Positions 28,501 through 43,800 of a DNA stretch of 64,000 bases are shown here, one piece after another. The notes under the pieces are model-generated. The model ran no database searches and had not been told where the DNA came from. It was given only the letters and a program-made list of their open reading frames with translations. Position numbers and translations under genes: made by a program. This DNA comes from Auanema rhodensis. Its lineage: Eukaryota; Animalia; Nematoda. The stretch spans positions 18,104,001 through 18,168,000 of the forward strand of contig OZ059900.1 of NCBI GenBank assembly GCA_964057225.1, read 5' to 3'. Each line of letters begins with the position of its first letter. Position 1 is the first letter of the stretch.

Positions 28501-30447
28501 AAACAGGGGTTAGAAAATTAAGGAAATTAGCATATTCTGAGGGCACGCCCTTTATGGCTAATATTGATTAAATCGATTTTTGTTCATATGAGTCGTCAAA
28601 TGCAACGAATTTCAGCGTGTTACATACTAAAATGAAGCATTTCACATGCTGAACACTAGAAAAATACAAAAACACAGTATTTCCCATGAGAAATATTTTA
28701 TTATGCTGGAAAACCAGTTTTTGGAAATTTCGCTGTAAACAAGGTTTTGACTTACGATTTCATGTGTTCAAACTCATGCAATGTCAATGAAACCTAGCTC
28801 AAAATTGTTCGTACAACGTCTAGTTCCACTTTCACGACAAAAAAACAGGGGTTAGAAAATTAAGGAAATTAGCATATTCTGAGGGCACGCCCCTTATGGC
28901 TAATATTGATTAAATCGATTTTTGTTCATATGAGTCGTCAAATGCAACGAATTTCAGCGTGTTACATACTAAAATGAAGCATTTTACATGCTGAACACTA
29001 GAAAAATACAAAAACACAGTAATACCCATGAGAAATATTTTATTATGCTGGAAAACCAGTTTTTGGAAATTTCGCTGTAAACAAGGTTTTGACTTACGAT
29101 TTCATGTGTTCAAACTCATGCAATGTCAATGAAACCTAGCTCAAAATTGTTCGTACAACGTCTAGTTCCACTTTCACGACAAAAAAACAGGGGTTAGAAA
29201 ATTAAGGAAATTAGCATATTCTGAGGGCACGCCCCTTATGGCTAATATTGATTAAATCGATTTTTGTTCATATGAGTCGTCAAATGCAACGAATTTCAGC
29301 GTGTTACATACTAAAATGAAGCATTTTACATGCTGAACACTAGAAAAATACAAAAACACAGTAATACCCATGAGAAATATTTTATTATGCTGGAAAACCA
29401 GTTTTTGGAAATTTCGCTGTAAACAAGGTTTTGACTTACGATTTCATGTGTTCAAACTCATGCAATGTCAATGAAACCTAGCTCAAAATTGTTAATACAA
29501 TGTCTAGTTCCACTTTCACGACAAAAAAACAGGGGTTAGAAAATTAAGGAAATTAGCATATTCTGAGGGCACGCCCCTTATGGCTAATATTGATTAAATC
29601 GATTTTTGTTCATATGAGTCGTCAAATGCAACGAATTTCAGCGTGTTACATACTAAAATAAAGCATTTTACATGCTGAACACTAGAAAAATACAAAAACA
29701 CAGTATTTCCCATGAGAAATATTTTATTATGCTGGAAAACCAGTTTTTGGAAATTTCGCTGTAAACAAGGTTTTGACTTACGATTTCATGTGTTCAAACT
29801 CATGCAATGTCAATGAAACCCAGCTCAAAATTGTTCGTACAACGTCTAGTTCCACTTTCACGACAAAAAAACAGGGGTTAGAAAATTAAGGAAATTAGCA
29901 TATTCTGAGGGCACGCCCCTTATGGCTAATATTGATTAAATCGATTTTTGTTCATATGAGTCGTCAAATGCAACGAATTTCAGCGTGATACATACTAAAA
30001 TGAAGCATTTTACATGCTGAACACTAGAAAAATACAAAAACACAGTATTTCCCATGAGAAATATTTTATTATGCTGGAAAACCAGTTTTTGGAAATTTCG
30101 CTGTAAACAAGATTTTGACTTACGATTTCATGTGTTCAAACTCATGCAATGTCAATGAAACCTAGCTCAAAATTGTTCGTACAACGTCTAGTTCCACTTT
30201 CACGACAAAAAAACAGGGGTTAGAAAAGTAAGGAAATTAGCATATTCTGAGGGCACGCCCCTTATGGCTAATATTGATTAAATCGATTTTTGTTCATATG
30301 AGTCGTCAAATGCAACGAATTTCAGCGTGTTACATACTAAAATGAAGCATTTTACATGCTGAACACTAGAAAAATAAAAAAACACAGTATTTCCCATGAG
30401 AAATATTTTATTATGCTGGAAAACCAGTTTTTGGAAATTTCGCTGTA
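20530..30447. repeat. Three tandem copies of a 9-monomer higher-order unit (M61-69; M70-80 expanded to 11; M81-89)
   Basis: Ordered series: CC+TTTGA; CC+CCCT+TTTGA; CC; CC+CCCT+TTTCAC; TAATAC; TAATAC; TTAATACAAT; CCCAG; AAGATT+AAAGTA, repeated three times. Confidence 0.9.
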
Positions 30448-31815
30448 AACAAGATTTTGACTTACGATTTCATGTGTTCAAACTCATGCAATGTCAATGA
30501 AACCTAGCTCAAAATTGTTCGTACAACGTCTAGTTCCACTTTCACGACAAAAAAACAGGGGTTAGAAAATTAAGGAAATTAGCATATTCTGAGGGCACGC
30601 CCCTTATGGCTAATATTGATTAAATCGATTTTTGTTCATATGAGTCGTCAAATGCAACGAATTTCAGCGTGTTACATACTAAAATGAAGCATTTTACATG
30701 CTGAACACTAGAAAAATACAAAAACACAGTATTTCCCATGAGAAATATTTTATTATGCTGGAAAACCAGTTTTTGAAAATTTCGCTGTAAACAAGGTTTT
30801 GACTTACGATTTCATGTGTTCAAACTCATGCAATGTCAATGAAACCTAGCTCAAAATTGTTCCTACAACGTCTAGTTCCACTTTCACGACAAAAAAACAG
30901 GGGTTAGAAAATTAAGGAAATTAGCATATTCTGAGGGCACGCCCTTTATGGCTAATATTGATTAAATCGATTTTTGTTCATATGAGTCGTCAAATGCAAC
31001 GAATTTCAGCGTGTTACATACTAAAATGAAGCATTTTACATGCTGAACACTAGAAAAATACAAAAACACAGTATTTCCCATGAGAAATATTTTATTATGC
31101 TGGAAAACCAGTTTTTGGAAATTTCGCTGTAAACAAGGTTTTGACTTACGATTTCATGTGTTCAAACTCATGCAATGTCAATGAAACCTAGCTCAAAATT
31201 GTTCGTACAACGTCTAGTTCCACTTTCACGACAAAAAAACAGGGGTTAGAAAATTAAGGAAATTAGCATATTCTGAGGGCACGCCCCTTATGGCTAATAT
31301 TGATTAAATCGATTTTTGTTCATATGAGTCGTCAAATGCAACGAATTTCAGCGTGTTACGTACTAAAATGAAGCATTTCACATGCTGAACACTAGAAAAA
31401 TACAAAAACACAGTATTTCCCATGAGAAATATTTTATTATGCTGGAAAACCAGTTTTTGGAAATTTCGCTGTAAACAAGGTTTTGACTTACGATTTCATG
31501 TGTTCAAACTCATGCAGTGTCAATGAAACCTAGCTCAAAATTGTTCCTACAACGTCTAGTTCCACTTTCACGACAAAAAAACAGGGGTTAGAAAATTAAG
31601 GAAATTAGCATATTCTGAGGGCACGCCCTTTATGGCTAATATTGATTAAATCGATTTTTGTTCATATGAGTCGTCAAATGCAACGAATTTCAGCGTGTTA
31701 CATACTAAAATGAAGCATTTCACATGCTGAACACTAGAAAAATACAAAAACACAGTATTTCCCATGAGAAATATTTTATTATGCTGGAAAACCAGTTTTT
31801 GGAAATTTCGCTGTA

Positions 31816-34800
31816 AACAAGGTTTTGACTTACGATTTCATGTGTTCAAACTCATGCAATGTCAATGAAACCTAGCTCAAAATTGTTCGTACAACGTCTA
31901 GTTCCACTTTCACGACAAAAAAACAGGGGTTAGAAAATTAAGGAAATTAGCATATTCTGAGGGCACGCCCCTTATGGCTAATATTGATTAAATCGATTTT
32001 TGTTTATATGAGTCGTCAAATGCAACGAATTTCAGCGTGTTACATACTAAAATTAAGCATTTTACATGCTGAACACTAGAAAAATACAAAAACACAGTAA
32101 TACCCATGAGAAATATTTTATTATGCTGGAAAACCAGTTTTTGGAAATTTCGCTGTAAACAAGGTTTTGACTTACGATTTCATGTGTTCAAACTCATGCA
32201 ATGTCAATGAAACCTAGCTCAAAATTGTTCGTACAACGTCTAGTTCCACTTTCACGACAAAAAAACAGGGGTTAGAAAATTAAGGAAATTAGCATATTCT
32301 GAGGGCACGCCCCTTATGGCTAATATTGATTAAATCGATTTTTGTTCATATGAGTCGTCAAATGCAACGAATTTCAGCGTGTTACATACTAAAATGAAGC
32401 ATTTTACATGCTGAACACTAGAAAAATACAAAAACACAGTATTTCCCATGAGAAATATTTTATTATGCTGGAAAACCAGTTTTTGGAAATTTCGCTGTAA
32501 ACAAGGTTTTGACTTACGATTTCATGTGTTCAAACTCATGCAATGTCAATGAAACCTAGCTCAAAATTGTTCGTACAACGTCTAGTTCCACTTTCACGAC
32601 AAAAAAACAGGGGTTAGAAAATTAAGGAAATTAGCATATTCTGAGAGCACGCCCTTTATGGCTAATATTGATTAAATCGATTTTTGTTCATATGAGTCGT
32701 CAAATGCAACGAATTTCAGCGTGTTACATACTAAAATGAAGCATTTTACATGCTGAACGCTAGAAAAATACAAAAACACAGTATTACCCATGAGAAATAT
32801 TTTATTATGCTGGAAAACCAGTTTTTGGAAATTTCGCTGTAAACAAGGTTTTGACTTACGATTTCATGTGTTCAAACTCATGCAATGTCAATGAAACCTA
32901 GCTCAAAATTGTTCCTACAACGTCTAGTTCCACTTTCACGACAAAAAAACAGGGGTTAGAAAATTAAGGAAATTAGCATATTCTGAGGGCACGCCCCTTA
33001 TGGCTAATATTGATTAAATCGATTTTTGTTCATATGAGTCGTCAAATGCAACGAATTTCAGCGTGTTACATACTAAAATGAAGCATTTTGTATGCTGAAC
33101 ACTAGAAAAATACAAAAACATAGTGTTTCCCATGAGAAATATTTTATTATGCTGGAAAACCAGTTTTTGGAAATTTCGCTGTAAACAAGGTTTTGACTTA
33201 CGATTTCATGTGTTCAAACTCATGCAATGTCAATGAAACCTAGCTCAAAATTGTTCCTACAACGTCTAGTTCCACTTTCACGACAAAAAAACAGGGGTTA
33301 GAAAATTAAGGAAATTAGCATATTCTGAGGGCACGCCCTTTATGGCTAATATTGATTAAATCGATTTTTGTTCATATGAGTCGTCAAATGCAACGAATTT
33401 CAGCGTGTTACATACTAAAATGAAGCATTTCACATGCTGAACACTAGAAAAATACAAAACACAGTATTTCCCATGAGAAATATTTTATTATGCTGGAAAA
33501 CCAGTTTTTGGAAATTTCGCTGTAAACAAGGTTTTGACTTACGATTTCATGTGTTCAAACTCATGCAATGTCAATGAAACCTAGCTCAAAATTGTTCGTA
33601 CAACGTCTAGTTCCACTTTCACGACAAAAAAACAGGGGTTAGAAAATTAAGGAAATTAGCATATTCTGAGGGCACGCCCCTTATGGCTAATATTGATTAA
33701 ATCGATTTTTGTTCATATGAGTCGTCAAATGCAACGAATTTCAGCGTGTTACATACTAAAATTAAGCATTTTACATGCTGAACACTAGAAAAATACAAAA
33801 ACACAGTAATACCCATGAGAAATATTTTATTATGCTGGAAAACCAGTTTTTGGAAATTTCGCTGTAAACAAGGTTTTGACTTACGATTTCATGTGTTCAA
33901 ACTCATGCAATGTCAATGAAACCTAGCTCAAAATTGTTCGTACAACGTCTAGTTCCACTTTCACGACAAAAAAACAGGGGTTAGAAAATTAAGGAAATTA
34001 GCATATTCTGAGGGCACGCCCCTTATGGCTAATATTGATTAAATCGATTTTTGTTCATATGAGTCGTCAAATGCAAAGAATTTCAGCGTGTTACATACTA
34101 AAATGAAGCATTTTACATGCTGAACACTAGAAAAATACAAAAACACAGTATTTCCCATGAGAAATATTTTATTATGCTGGAAAACCAGTTTTTGGAAATT
34201 TCGCTGTAAACAAGGTTTTGACTTACGATTTCATGTGTTCAAACTCATGCAATGTCAATGAAACCTAGCTCAAAATTGTTCGTACAACGTCTAGTTCCAC
34301 TTTCACGACAAAAAAACAGGGGTTAGAAAATTAAGGAAATTAGCATATTCTGAGGGCACGCCCCTTATGGCTAATATTGATTAAATCGATTTTTGTTCAT
34401 ATGAGTCGTCAAATGCAACGAATTTCAGCGTGTTACATACTAAAATGAAGCATTTTACATGCTGAACACTAGAAAAATACAAAAACACAGTATTTCCCAT
34501 GAGAAATATTTTATTATGCTGGAAAACCAGTTTTTGGAAATTTCGCTGTAAACAAGGTTTTGACTTACGATTTCATGTGTTCAAACTCATGCAATGTCAA
34601 TGAAACCTAGCTCAAAATTGTTCGTACAACGTCTAGTTCCACTTTCACGACAAAAAAACAGGGGTTAGAAAATTAAGGAAATTAGCATATTCTGAGAGCA
34701 CGCCCTTTATGGCTAATATTGATTAAATCGATTTTTGTTCATATGAGTCGTCAAATGCAACGAATTTCAGCGTGTTACATACTAAAATGAAGCATTTTAC

Positions 34801-37800
34801 ATGCTGAACGCTAGAAAAATACAAAAACACAGTATTACCCATGAGAAATATTTTATTATGCTGGAAAACCAGTTTTTGGAAATTTCGCTGTAAACAAGGT
34901 TTTGACTTACGATTTCATGTGTTCAAACTCATGCAATGTCAATGAAACCTAGCTCAAAATTGTTCGTACAACGTCTAGTTCCACTTTCACGACAAAAAAA
35001 CAGGGGTTAGAAAATTAAGGAAATTAGCATATTCTGAGGGCACGCCCCTTATGGCTAATATTGATTAAATCGATTTTTGTTCATATGAGTCGTCAAATGC
35101 AACGAATTTCAGCGTGTTACATACTAAAATGAAGCATTTTACATGCTGAACACTAGAAAAATACAAAAACACAGTATTTCCCATGAGAAATATTTTATTA
35201 TGCTGGAAAACCAGTTTTTGGAAATTTCGCTGTAAACAAGGTTTTGACTTACGATTTCATGTGTTCAAACTCATGCAATGTCAATGAAACCTAGCTCAAA
35301 ATTGTTCGTACAACGTCTAGTTCCACTTTCACGACAAAAAAACAGGGGTTAGAAAATTAAGGAAATTAGCATATTCTGAGAGCACGCCCTTTATGGCTAA
35401 TATTGATTAAATCGATTTTTGTTCATATGAGTCGTCAAATGCAACGAATTTCAGCGTGTTACATACTAAAATGAAGCATTTTACATGCTGAACGCTAGAA
35501 AAATACAAAAACACAGTATTACCCATGAGAAATATTTTATTATGCTGGAAAACCAGTTTTTGGAAATTTCGCTGTAAACAAGGTTTTGACTTACGATTTC
35601 ATGTGTTCAAACTCATGCAATGTCAATGAAACCTAGCTCAAAATTGTTCCTACAACGTCTAGTTCCACTTTCACGACAAAAAAACAGGGGTTAGAAAATT
35701 AAGGAAATTAGCATATTCTGAGGGCACGCCCCTTATGGCTAATATTGATTAAATCGATTTTTGTTCATATGAGTCGTCAAATGCAACGAATTTCAGCGTG
35801 TTACATACTAAAATGAAGCATTTTGTATGCTGAACACTAGAAAAATACAAAAACATAGTATTTCCCATGAGAAATATTTTATTATGCTGGAAAACCAGTT
35901 TTTGGAAATTTCGCTGTAAACAAGGTTTTGACTTACGATTTCATGTGTTCAAACTCATGCAATGTCAATGAAACCTAGCTCAAAATTGTTCGTACAACGT
36001 CTAGTTCCACTTTCACGACAAAAAAACAGGGGTTAGAAAATTAAGGAAATTAGCATATTCTGAGGGCACGCCCCTTATGGCTAATATTGATTAAATCGAT
36101 TTTTGTTCATATGAGTCGTCAAATGCAACGAATTTCAGCGTGTTACATACTAAAATTAAGCATTTTACATGCTGAACACTAGAAAAATACAAAAACACAG
36201 TAATACCCATGAGAAATATTTTATTATGCTGGAAAACCAGTTTTTGGAAATTTCGCTGTAAACAAGGTTTTGACTTACGATTTCATGTGTTCAAACTCAT
36301 GCAATGTCAATGAAACCTAGCTCAAAATTGTTCGTACAACGTCTAGTTCCACTTTCACGACAAAAAAACAGGGGTTAGAAAATTAAGGAAATTAGCATAT
36401 TCTGAGGGCACGCCCCTCATGGCTAATATTGATTAAATCGATTTTTGTTCATATGAGTCGTCAAATGCAACGAATTTCAGCGTGTTACATACTAAAATGA
36501 AGCATTTTACATGCTGAACACTAGAAAAATACAAAAACACAGTATTTCCCATGAGAAATATTTTATTATGCTGGAAAACCAGTTTTTGGAAATTTCGCTG
36601 TAAACAAGGTTTTGACTTACGATTTCATGTGTTCAAACTCATGCAATGTCAATGAAACCTAGCTCAAAATTGTTCGTACAACGTCTAGTTCCACTTTCAC
36701 GACAAAAAAACAGGGGTTAGAAAATTAAGGAAATTAGCATATTCTGAGAGCACGCCCTTTATGGCTAATATTGATTAAATCGATTTTTGTTCATATGAGT
36801 CGTCAAATGCAACGAATTTCAGCGTGTTACATACTAAAATGAAGCATTTTACATGCTGAACGCTAGAAAAATACAAAAACACAGTATTACCCATGAGAAA
36901 TATTTTATTATGCTGGAAAACCAGTTTTTGGAAATTTCGCTGTAAACAAGGTTTTGACTTACGATTTCATGTGTTCAAACTCATGCAATGTCAATGAAAC
37001 CTAGCTCAAAATTGTTCGTACAACGTCTAGTTCCACTTTCACGACAAAAAAACAGGGGTTAGAAAATTAAGGAAATTAGCATATTCTGAGGGCACGCCCC
37101 TTATGGCTAATATTGATTAAATCGATTTTTGTTCATATGAGTCGTCAAATGCAACGAATTTCAGCGTGTTACATACTAAAATGAAGCATTTTACATGCTG
37201 AACACTAGAAAAATACAAAAACACAGTATTTCCCATGAGAAATATTTTATTATGCTGGAAAACCAGTTTTTGGAAATTTCGCTGTAAACAAGGTTTTGAC
37301 TTACGATTTCATGTGTTCAAACTCATGCAATGTCAATGAAACCTAGCTCAAAATTGTTCGTACAACGTCTAGTTCCACTTTCACGACAAAAAAACAGGGG
37401 TTAGAAAATTAAGGAAATTAGCATATTCTGAGAGCACGCCCTTTATGGCTAATATTGATTAAATCGATTTTTGTTCATATGAGTCGTCAAATGCAACGAA
37501 TTTCAGCGTGTTACATACTAAAATGAAGCATTTTACATGCTGAACGCTAGAAAAATACAAAAACACAGTATTACCCATGAGAAATATTTTATTATGCTGG
37601 AAAACCAGTTTTTGGAAATTTCGCTGTAAACAAGGTTTTGACTTACGATTTCATGTGTTCAAACTCATGCAATGTCAATGAAACCTAGCTCAAAATTGTT
37701 CCTACAACGTCTAGTTCCACTTTCACGACAAAAAAACAGGGGTTAGAAAATTAAGGAAATTAGCATATTCTGAGGGCACGCCCCTTATGGCTAATATTGA

Positions 37801-40800
37801 TTAAATCGATTTTTGTTCATATGAGTCGTCAAATGCAACGAATTTCAGCGTGTTACATACTAAAATGAAGCATTTTGTATGCTGAACACTAGAAAAATAC
37901 AAAAACATAGTATTTCCCATGAGAAATATTTTATTATGCTGGAAAACCAGTTTTTGGAAATTTCGCTGTAAACAAGGTTTTGACTTACGATTTCATGTGT
38001 TCAAACTCATGCAATGTCAATGAAACCTAGCTCAAAATTGTTCGTGCAACGTCTAGTTCCACTTTCACGACAAAAAAACAGGGGTTAGAAAATTAAGGAA
38101 ATTAGCATATTCTGAGGGCACGCCCCTTATGGCTAATATTGATTAAATCGATTTTTGTTCATATGAGTCGTCAAATGCAACGAATTTCAGCGTGTTACAT
38201 ACTAAAATAAAGCATTTTACATGCTGAACACTAGAAAAATACAAAAACACAGTATTTCCCATGAGAAATATTTTATTATGCTGGAAAACCAGTTTTTGGA
38301 AATTTCGCTGTAAACAAGGTTTTGACTTACGATTTCATGTGTTCAAACTCATGCAATGTCAATGAAACCTAGCTCAAAATTGTTCGTACAACGTCTAGTT
38401 CCACTTTCACGACAAAAAAACAGGGGTTAGAAAATTAAGGAAATTAGCATATTCTGAGGGCACGCCCTTTATGGCTAATATTGATTAAATCGATTTTTGT
38501 TCATATGAGTCGTCAAATGCAACGAATTTCAGCGTGTTACATACTAAAATGAAGCATTTTACATGCTGAACGCTAGAAAAATACAAAAACACAGTATTTC
38601 CCATGAGAAATATTTTATTATGCTGGAAAACCAGTTTTTGGAAATTTCGCTGTAAACAAGGTTTTGACTTACGATTTCATGTGTTCAAACTCATGCAATG
38701 TCAATGAAACCTAGCTCAAAATTGTTCCTACAACGTCTAGTTCCACTTTCACGACAAAAAAACAGGGGTTAGAAAATTAAGGAAATTAGCATATTCTGAG
38801 GGCACGCCCCTTATGGCCAATATTGATTAAATCGATTTTTGTTCATATGAGTCGTCAAATGCAACGAATTTCAGCGTGTTACATACTAAAATGAAGCATT
38901 TTACATGCTGAACACTAGAAAAATACAAAAACACAGTATTTCCCATGAGAAATATTTTATTATGCTGGAAAACCAGTTTTTGGAAATTTCGCTGTAAACA
39001 AGGTTTTGACTTACGATTTCATGTGTTCAAACTCATGCAATGTCAATGAAACCTAGCTCAAAATTGTTCGTACAACGTCTAGTTCCACTTTCACGACAAA
39101 AAAACAGGGGTTAGAAAATTAAGGAAATTAGCATATTCTGAGGGCACGCCCCTTATGGCTAATATTGATTAAATCGATTTTTGTTCATATGAGTCGTCAA
39201 ATGCAACGAATTTCAGCGTGTCACATACTAAAATGAAGCATTTTACATGCTGAACGCTAGAAAAATACAAAAACACAGTATTTCCCATGAGAAATATTTT
39301 ATTATGCTGGAAAACCAGTTTTTGGAAATTTCGCTGTAAACAAGGTTTTGACTTACGATTTCATGTGTTCAAACTCATGCAATGTCAATGAAACCTAGCT
39401 CAAAATTGTTCGTACAACGTCTAGTTCCACTTTCACGACAAAAAAACAGGGGTTAGAAAATTAAGGAATTTAGCATATTCTGAGAGCACGCCCTTTATGG
39501 CTAATATTGATTAAATCGATTTTTGTTCATATGAGTCGTCAAATGCAACGAATTTCAGCATGTTACATACTAAAATGAAGCATTTTACATGCTGAACGCT
39601 AGAAAAATACAAAAACACAGTATTACCCATGAGAAATATTTTATTATGCTGGAAAACCAGTTTTTGGAAATTTCGCTGTAAACAAGGTTTTGACTTACGA
39701 TTTCATGTGTTCAAACTCATGCAATGTCAATGAAACCTAGCTCAAAATTGTTCCTACAACGTCTAGTTCCACTTTCACGACAAAAAAACAGGGGTTAGAA
39801 AATTAAGGAAATTAGCATATTCTGAGGGCACGCCCTTTATGGCTAATATTGATTAAATCGATTTTTGTTCATATGAGTCGTCAAATGCAACGAATTTCAG
39901 CGTGTTACATACTAAAATGAAACATTTTACATGCTGAACGCTAGAAAAATACAAAAACACAGTATTTCCCATGAGAAATATTTTATTATGCTGGAAAACC
40001 AGTTTTTGGAAATTTCGCTGTAAACAAGGTTTTGACTTACGATTTCATGTGTTCAAACTCATGCAATGTCAATGAAACCTAGCTCAAAATTGTTCCTACA
40101 ACGTCTAGTTCCACTTTCACGACAAAAAAACAGGGGTTAGAAAATTAAGGAAATTAGCATATTCTGAGGGCACGCCCCTTATGGCTAATATTGATTAAAT
40201 CGATTTTTGTTCATATGAGTCGTCAAATGCAACGAATTTCAGCGTGTTACATACTAAAATGAAGCATTTTACATGCTGAACACTAGAAAAATACAAAAAC
40301 ACAGTATTTCCCATGAGAAATATTTTATTATGCTGGAAAACCAGTTTTTGGAAATTTCGCTGTAAACAAGGTTTTGACTTACGATTTCATGTGTTCAAAC
40401 TCATGCAATGTCAATGAAACCTAGCTCAAAATTGTTCGTACAACGTCTAGTTCCACTTTCACGACAAAAAAACAGGGGTTAGAAAATTAAGGAAATTAGC
40501 ATATTCTGAGGGCACGCCCCTTATGGCTAATATTGATTAAATCGATTTTTGTTCATATGAGTCGTCAAATGCAACGAATTTCAGCGTGTCACATACTAAA
40601 ATGAAGCATTTTACATGCTGAACGCTAGAAAAATACAAAAACACAGTATTTCCCATGAGAAATATTTTATTATGCTGGAAAACCAGTTTTTGGAAATTTC
40701 GCTGTAAACAAGGTTTTGACTTACGATTTCATGTGTTCAAACTCATGCAATGTCAATGAAACCTAGCTCAAAATTGTTCCTACAACGTCTAGTTCCACTT

Positions 40801-43800
40801 TCACGACAAAAAAACAGGGGTTAGAAAATTAAGGAAATTAGCATATTCTGAGAGCACGCCCTTTATGGCTAATATTGATTAAATCGATTTTTGTTCATAT
40901 GAGTCGTCAAATGCAACGAATTTCAGCGTGTTACATACTAAAATGAAGCATTTTACATGCTGAACACTAGAAAAATACAAAAACATAGTATTTCCCATGA
41001 GAAATATTTTATTATGCTGGAAAACCAGTTTTTGGAAATTTCGCTGTAAACAAGGTTTTGACTTACGATTTCATGTGTTCAAACTCATGCAATGTCAATG
41101 AAACCTAGCTCAAAATTGTTCCTACAACGTCTAGTTCCACTTTCACGACAAAAAAACAGGGGTTAGAAAATTAAGGAAATTAGCATATTCTGAGGGCACG
41201 CCCTTTATGGCTAATATTGATTAAATCGATTTTTGTTCATATGAGTCGTCAAATGCAACGAATTTCAGCGTGTTACATACTAAAATGAAGCATTTCACAT
41301 GCTGAACACTAGAAAAATACAAAAACACAGTATTTCCCATGAGAAATATTTTATTATGCTGGAAAACCAGTTTTTGGAAATTTCGCTGTAAACAAGGTTT
41401 TGACTTACGATTTCATGTGTTCAAACTCATGCAATGTCAATGAACACCTAGCTCAAAATTGTTCGTACAACGTCTGGTTCCACTTTCACGACAAAAAAAC
41501 AGGGGTTAGAAAATTAAGGAAATTAGCATATTCTGAGGGCACGCCCCTTATGGCTAATATTGATTAAATCGATTTTTGTTCATATGAGTCGTCAAATGCA
41601 ACGAATTTCAGCGTGTTACATACTAAAATTAAGCATTTTACATGCTGAACACTAGAAAAATACAAAAACACAGTAATACCCATGAGAAATATTTTATTAT
41701 GCTGGAAAACCAGTTTTTGGAAATTTCGCTGTAAACAAGGTTTTGACTTACGATTTCATGTGTTCAAACTCATGCAATGTCAATGAAACCTAGCTCAAAA
41801 TTGTTCGTACAACGTCTAGTTCCACTTTCACGACAAAAAAACAGGGGTTAGAAAATTAAGGAAATTAGCATATTCTGAGGGCACGCCCCTCATGGCTAAT
41901 ATTGATTAAATCGATTTTTGTTCATATGAGTCGTCAAATGCAACGAATTTCAGCGTGTTACATACTAAAATGAAGCATTTTACATGCTGAACACTAGAAA
42001 AATACAAAAACACAGTATTTCCCATGAGAAATATTTTATTATGCTGGAAAACCAGTTTTTGGAAATTTCGCTGTAAACAAGGTTTTGACTTACGATTTCA
42101 TGTGTTCAAACTCATGCAATGTCAATGAAACCTAGCTCAAAATTGTTCGTACAACGTCTAGTTCCACTTTCACGACAAAAAAACAGGGGTTAGAAAATTA
42201 AGGAAATTAGCATATTCTGAGAGCACGCCCTTTATGGCTAATATTGATTAAATCGATTTTTGTTCATATGAGTCGTCAAATGCAACGAATTTCAGCGTGT
42301 TACATACTAAAATGAAGCATTTTACATGCTGAACGCTAGAAAAATACAAAAACACAGTATTACCCATGAGAAATATTTTATTATGCTGGAAAACCAGTTT
42401 TTGGAAATTTCGCTGTAAACAAGGTTTTGACTTACGATTTCATGTGTTCAAACTCATGCAATGTCAATGAAACCTAGCTCAAAATTGTTCGTACAACGTC
42501 TAGTTCCACTTTCACGACAAAAAAACAGGGGTTAGAAAATTAAGGAAATTAGCATATTCTGAGGGCACGCCCCTTATGGCTAATATTGATTAAATCGATT
42601 TTTGTTCATATGAGTCGTCAAATGCAACGAATTTCAGCGTGTTACATACTAAAATGAAGCATTTTACATGCTGAACACTAGAAAAATACAAAAACACAGT
42701 ATTTCCCATGAGAAATATTTTATTATGCTGGAAAACCAGTTTTTGGAAATTTCGCTGTAAACAAGGTTTTGACTTACGATTTCATGTGTTCAAACTCATG
42801 CAATGTCAATGAAACCTAGCTCAAAATTGTTCGTACAACGTCTAGTTCCACTTTCACGACAAAAAAACAGGGGTTAGAAAATTAAGGAAATTAGCATATT
42901 CTGAGAGCACGCCCTTTATGGCTAATATTGATTAAATCGATTTTTGTTCATATGAGTCGTCAAATGCAACGAATTTCAGCGTGTTACATACTAAAATGAA
43001 GCATTTTACATGCTGAACGCTAGAAAAATACAAAAACACAGTATTACCCATGAGAAATATTTTATTATGCTGGAAAACCAGTTTTTGGAAATTTCGCTGT
43101 AAACAAGGTTTTGACTTACGATTTCATGTGTTCAAACTCATGCAATGTCAATGAAACCTAGCTCAAAATTGTTCCTACAACGTCTAGTTCCACTTTCACG
43201 ACAAAAAAACAGGGGTTAGAAAATTAAGGAAATTAGCATATTCTGAGGGCACGCCCCTTATGGCTAATATTGATTAAATCGATTTTTGTTCATATGAGTC
43301 GTCAAATGCAACGAATTTCAGCGTGTTACATACTAAAATGAATCATTTTACATGCTGAACACTAGAAAAATACAAAAACACAGTATTTCCCATGAGAAAT
43401 ATTTTATTATGCTGGAAAACCAGTTTTTGGAAATTTCGCTGTAAACAAGGTTTTGACTTACGATTTCATGTGTTCAAACTCATGCAATGTCAATGAAACC
43501 TAGCTCAAAATTGTTCGTACAACGTCTAGTTCCACTTTCACGACAAAAAAACAGGGGTTAGAAAATTAAGGAAATTAGCATATTCTGAGAGCACGCCCTT
43601 TATGGCTAATATTGATTAAATCGATTTTTGTTCATATGAGTCGTCAAATGCAACGAATTTCAGCGTGTTACATACTAAAATGAAGCATTTTACATGCTGA
43701 ACGCTAGAAAAATACAAAAACACAGTATTACCCATGAGAAATATTTTATTATGCTGGAAAACCAGTTTTTGGAAATTTCGCTGTAAACAAGGTTTTGACT

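Noticed and set aside
33456-33460. Single A deletion in M98 as a meaningful variant
   Set aside because: A singleton homopolymer indel that cannot be distinguished from sequencing error.
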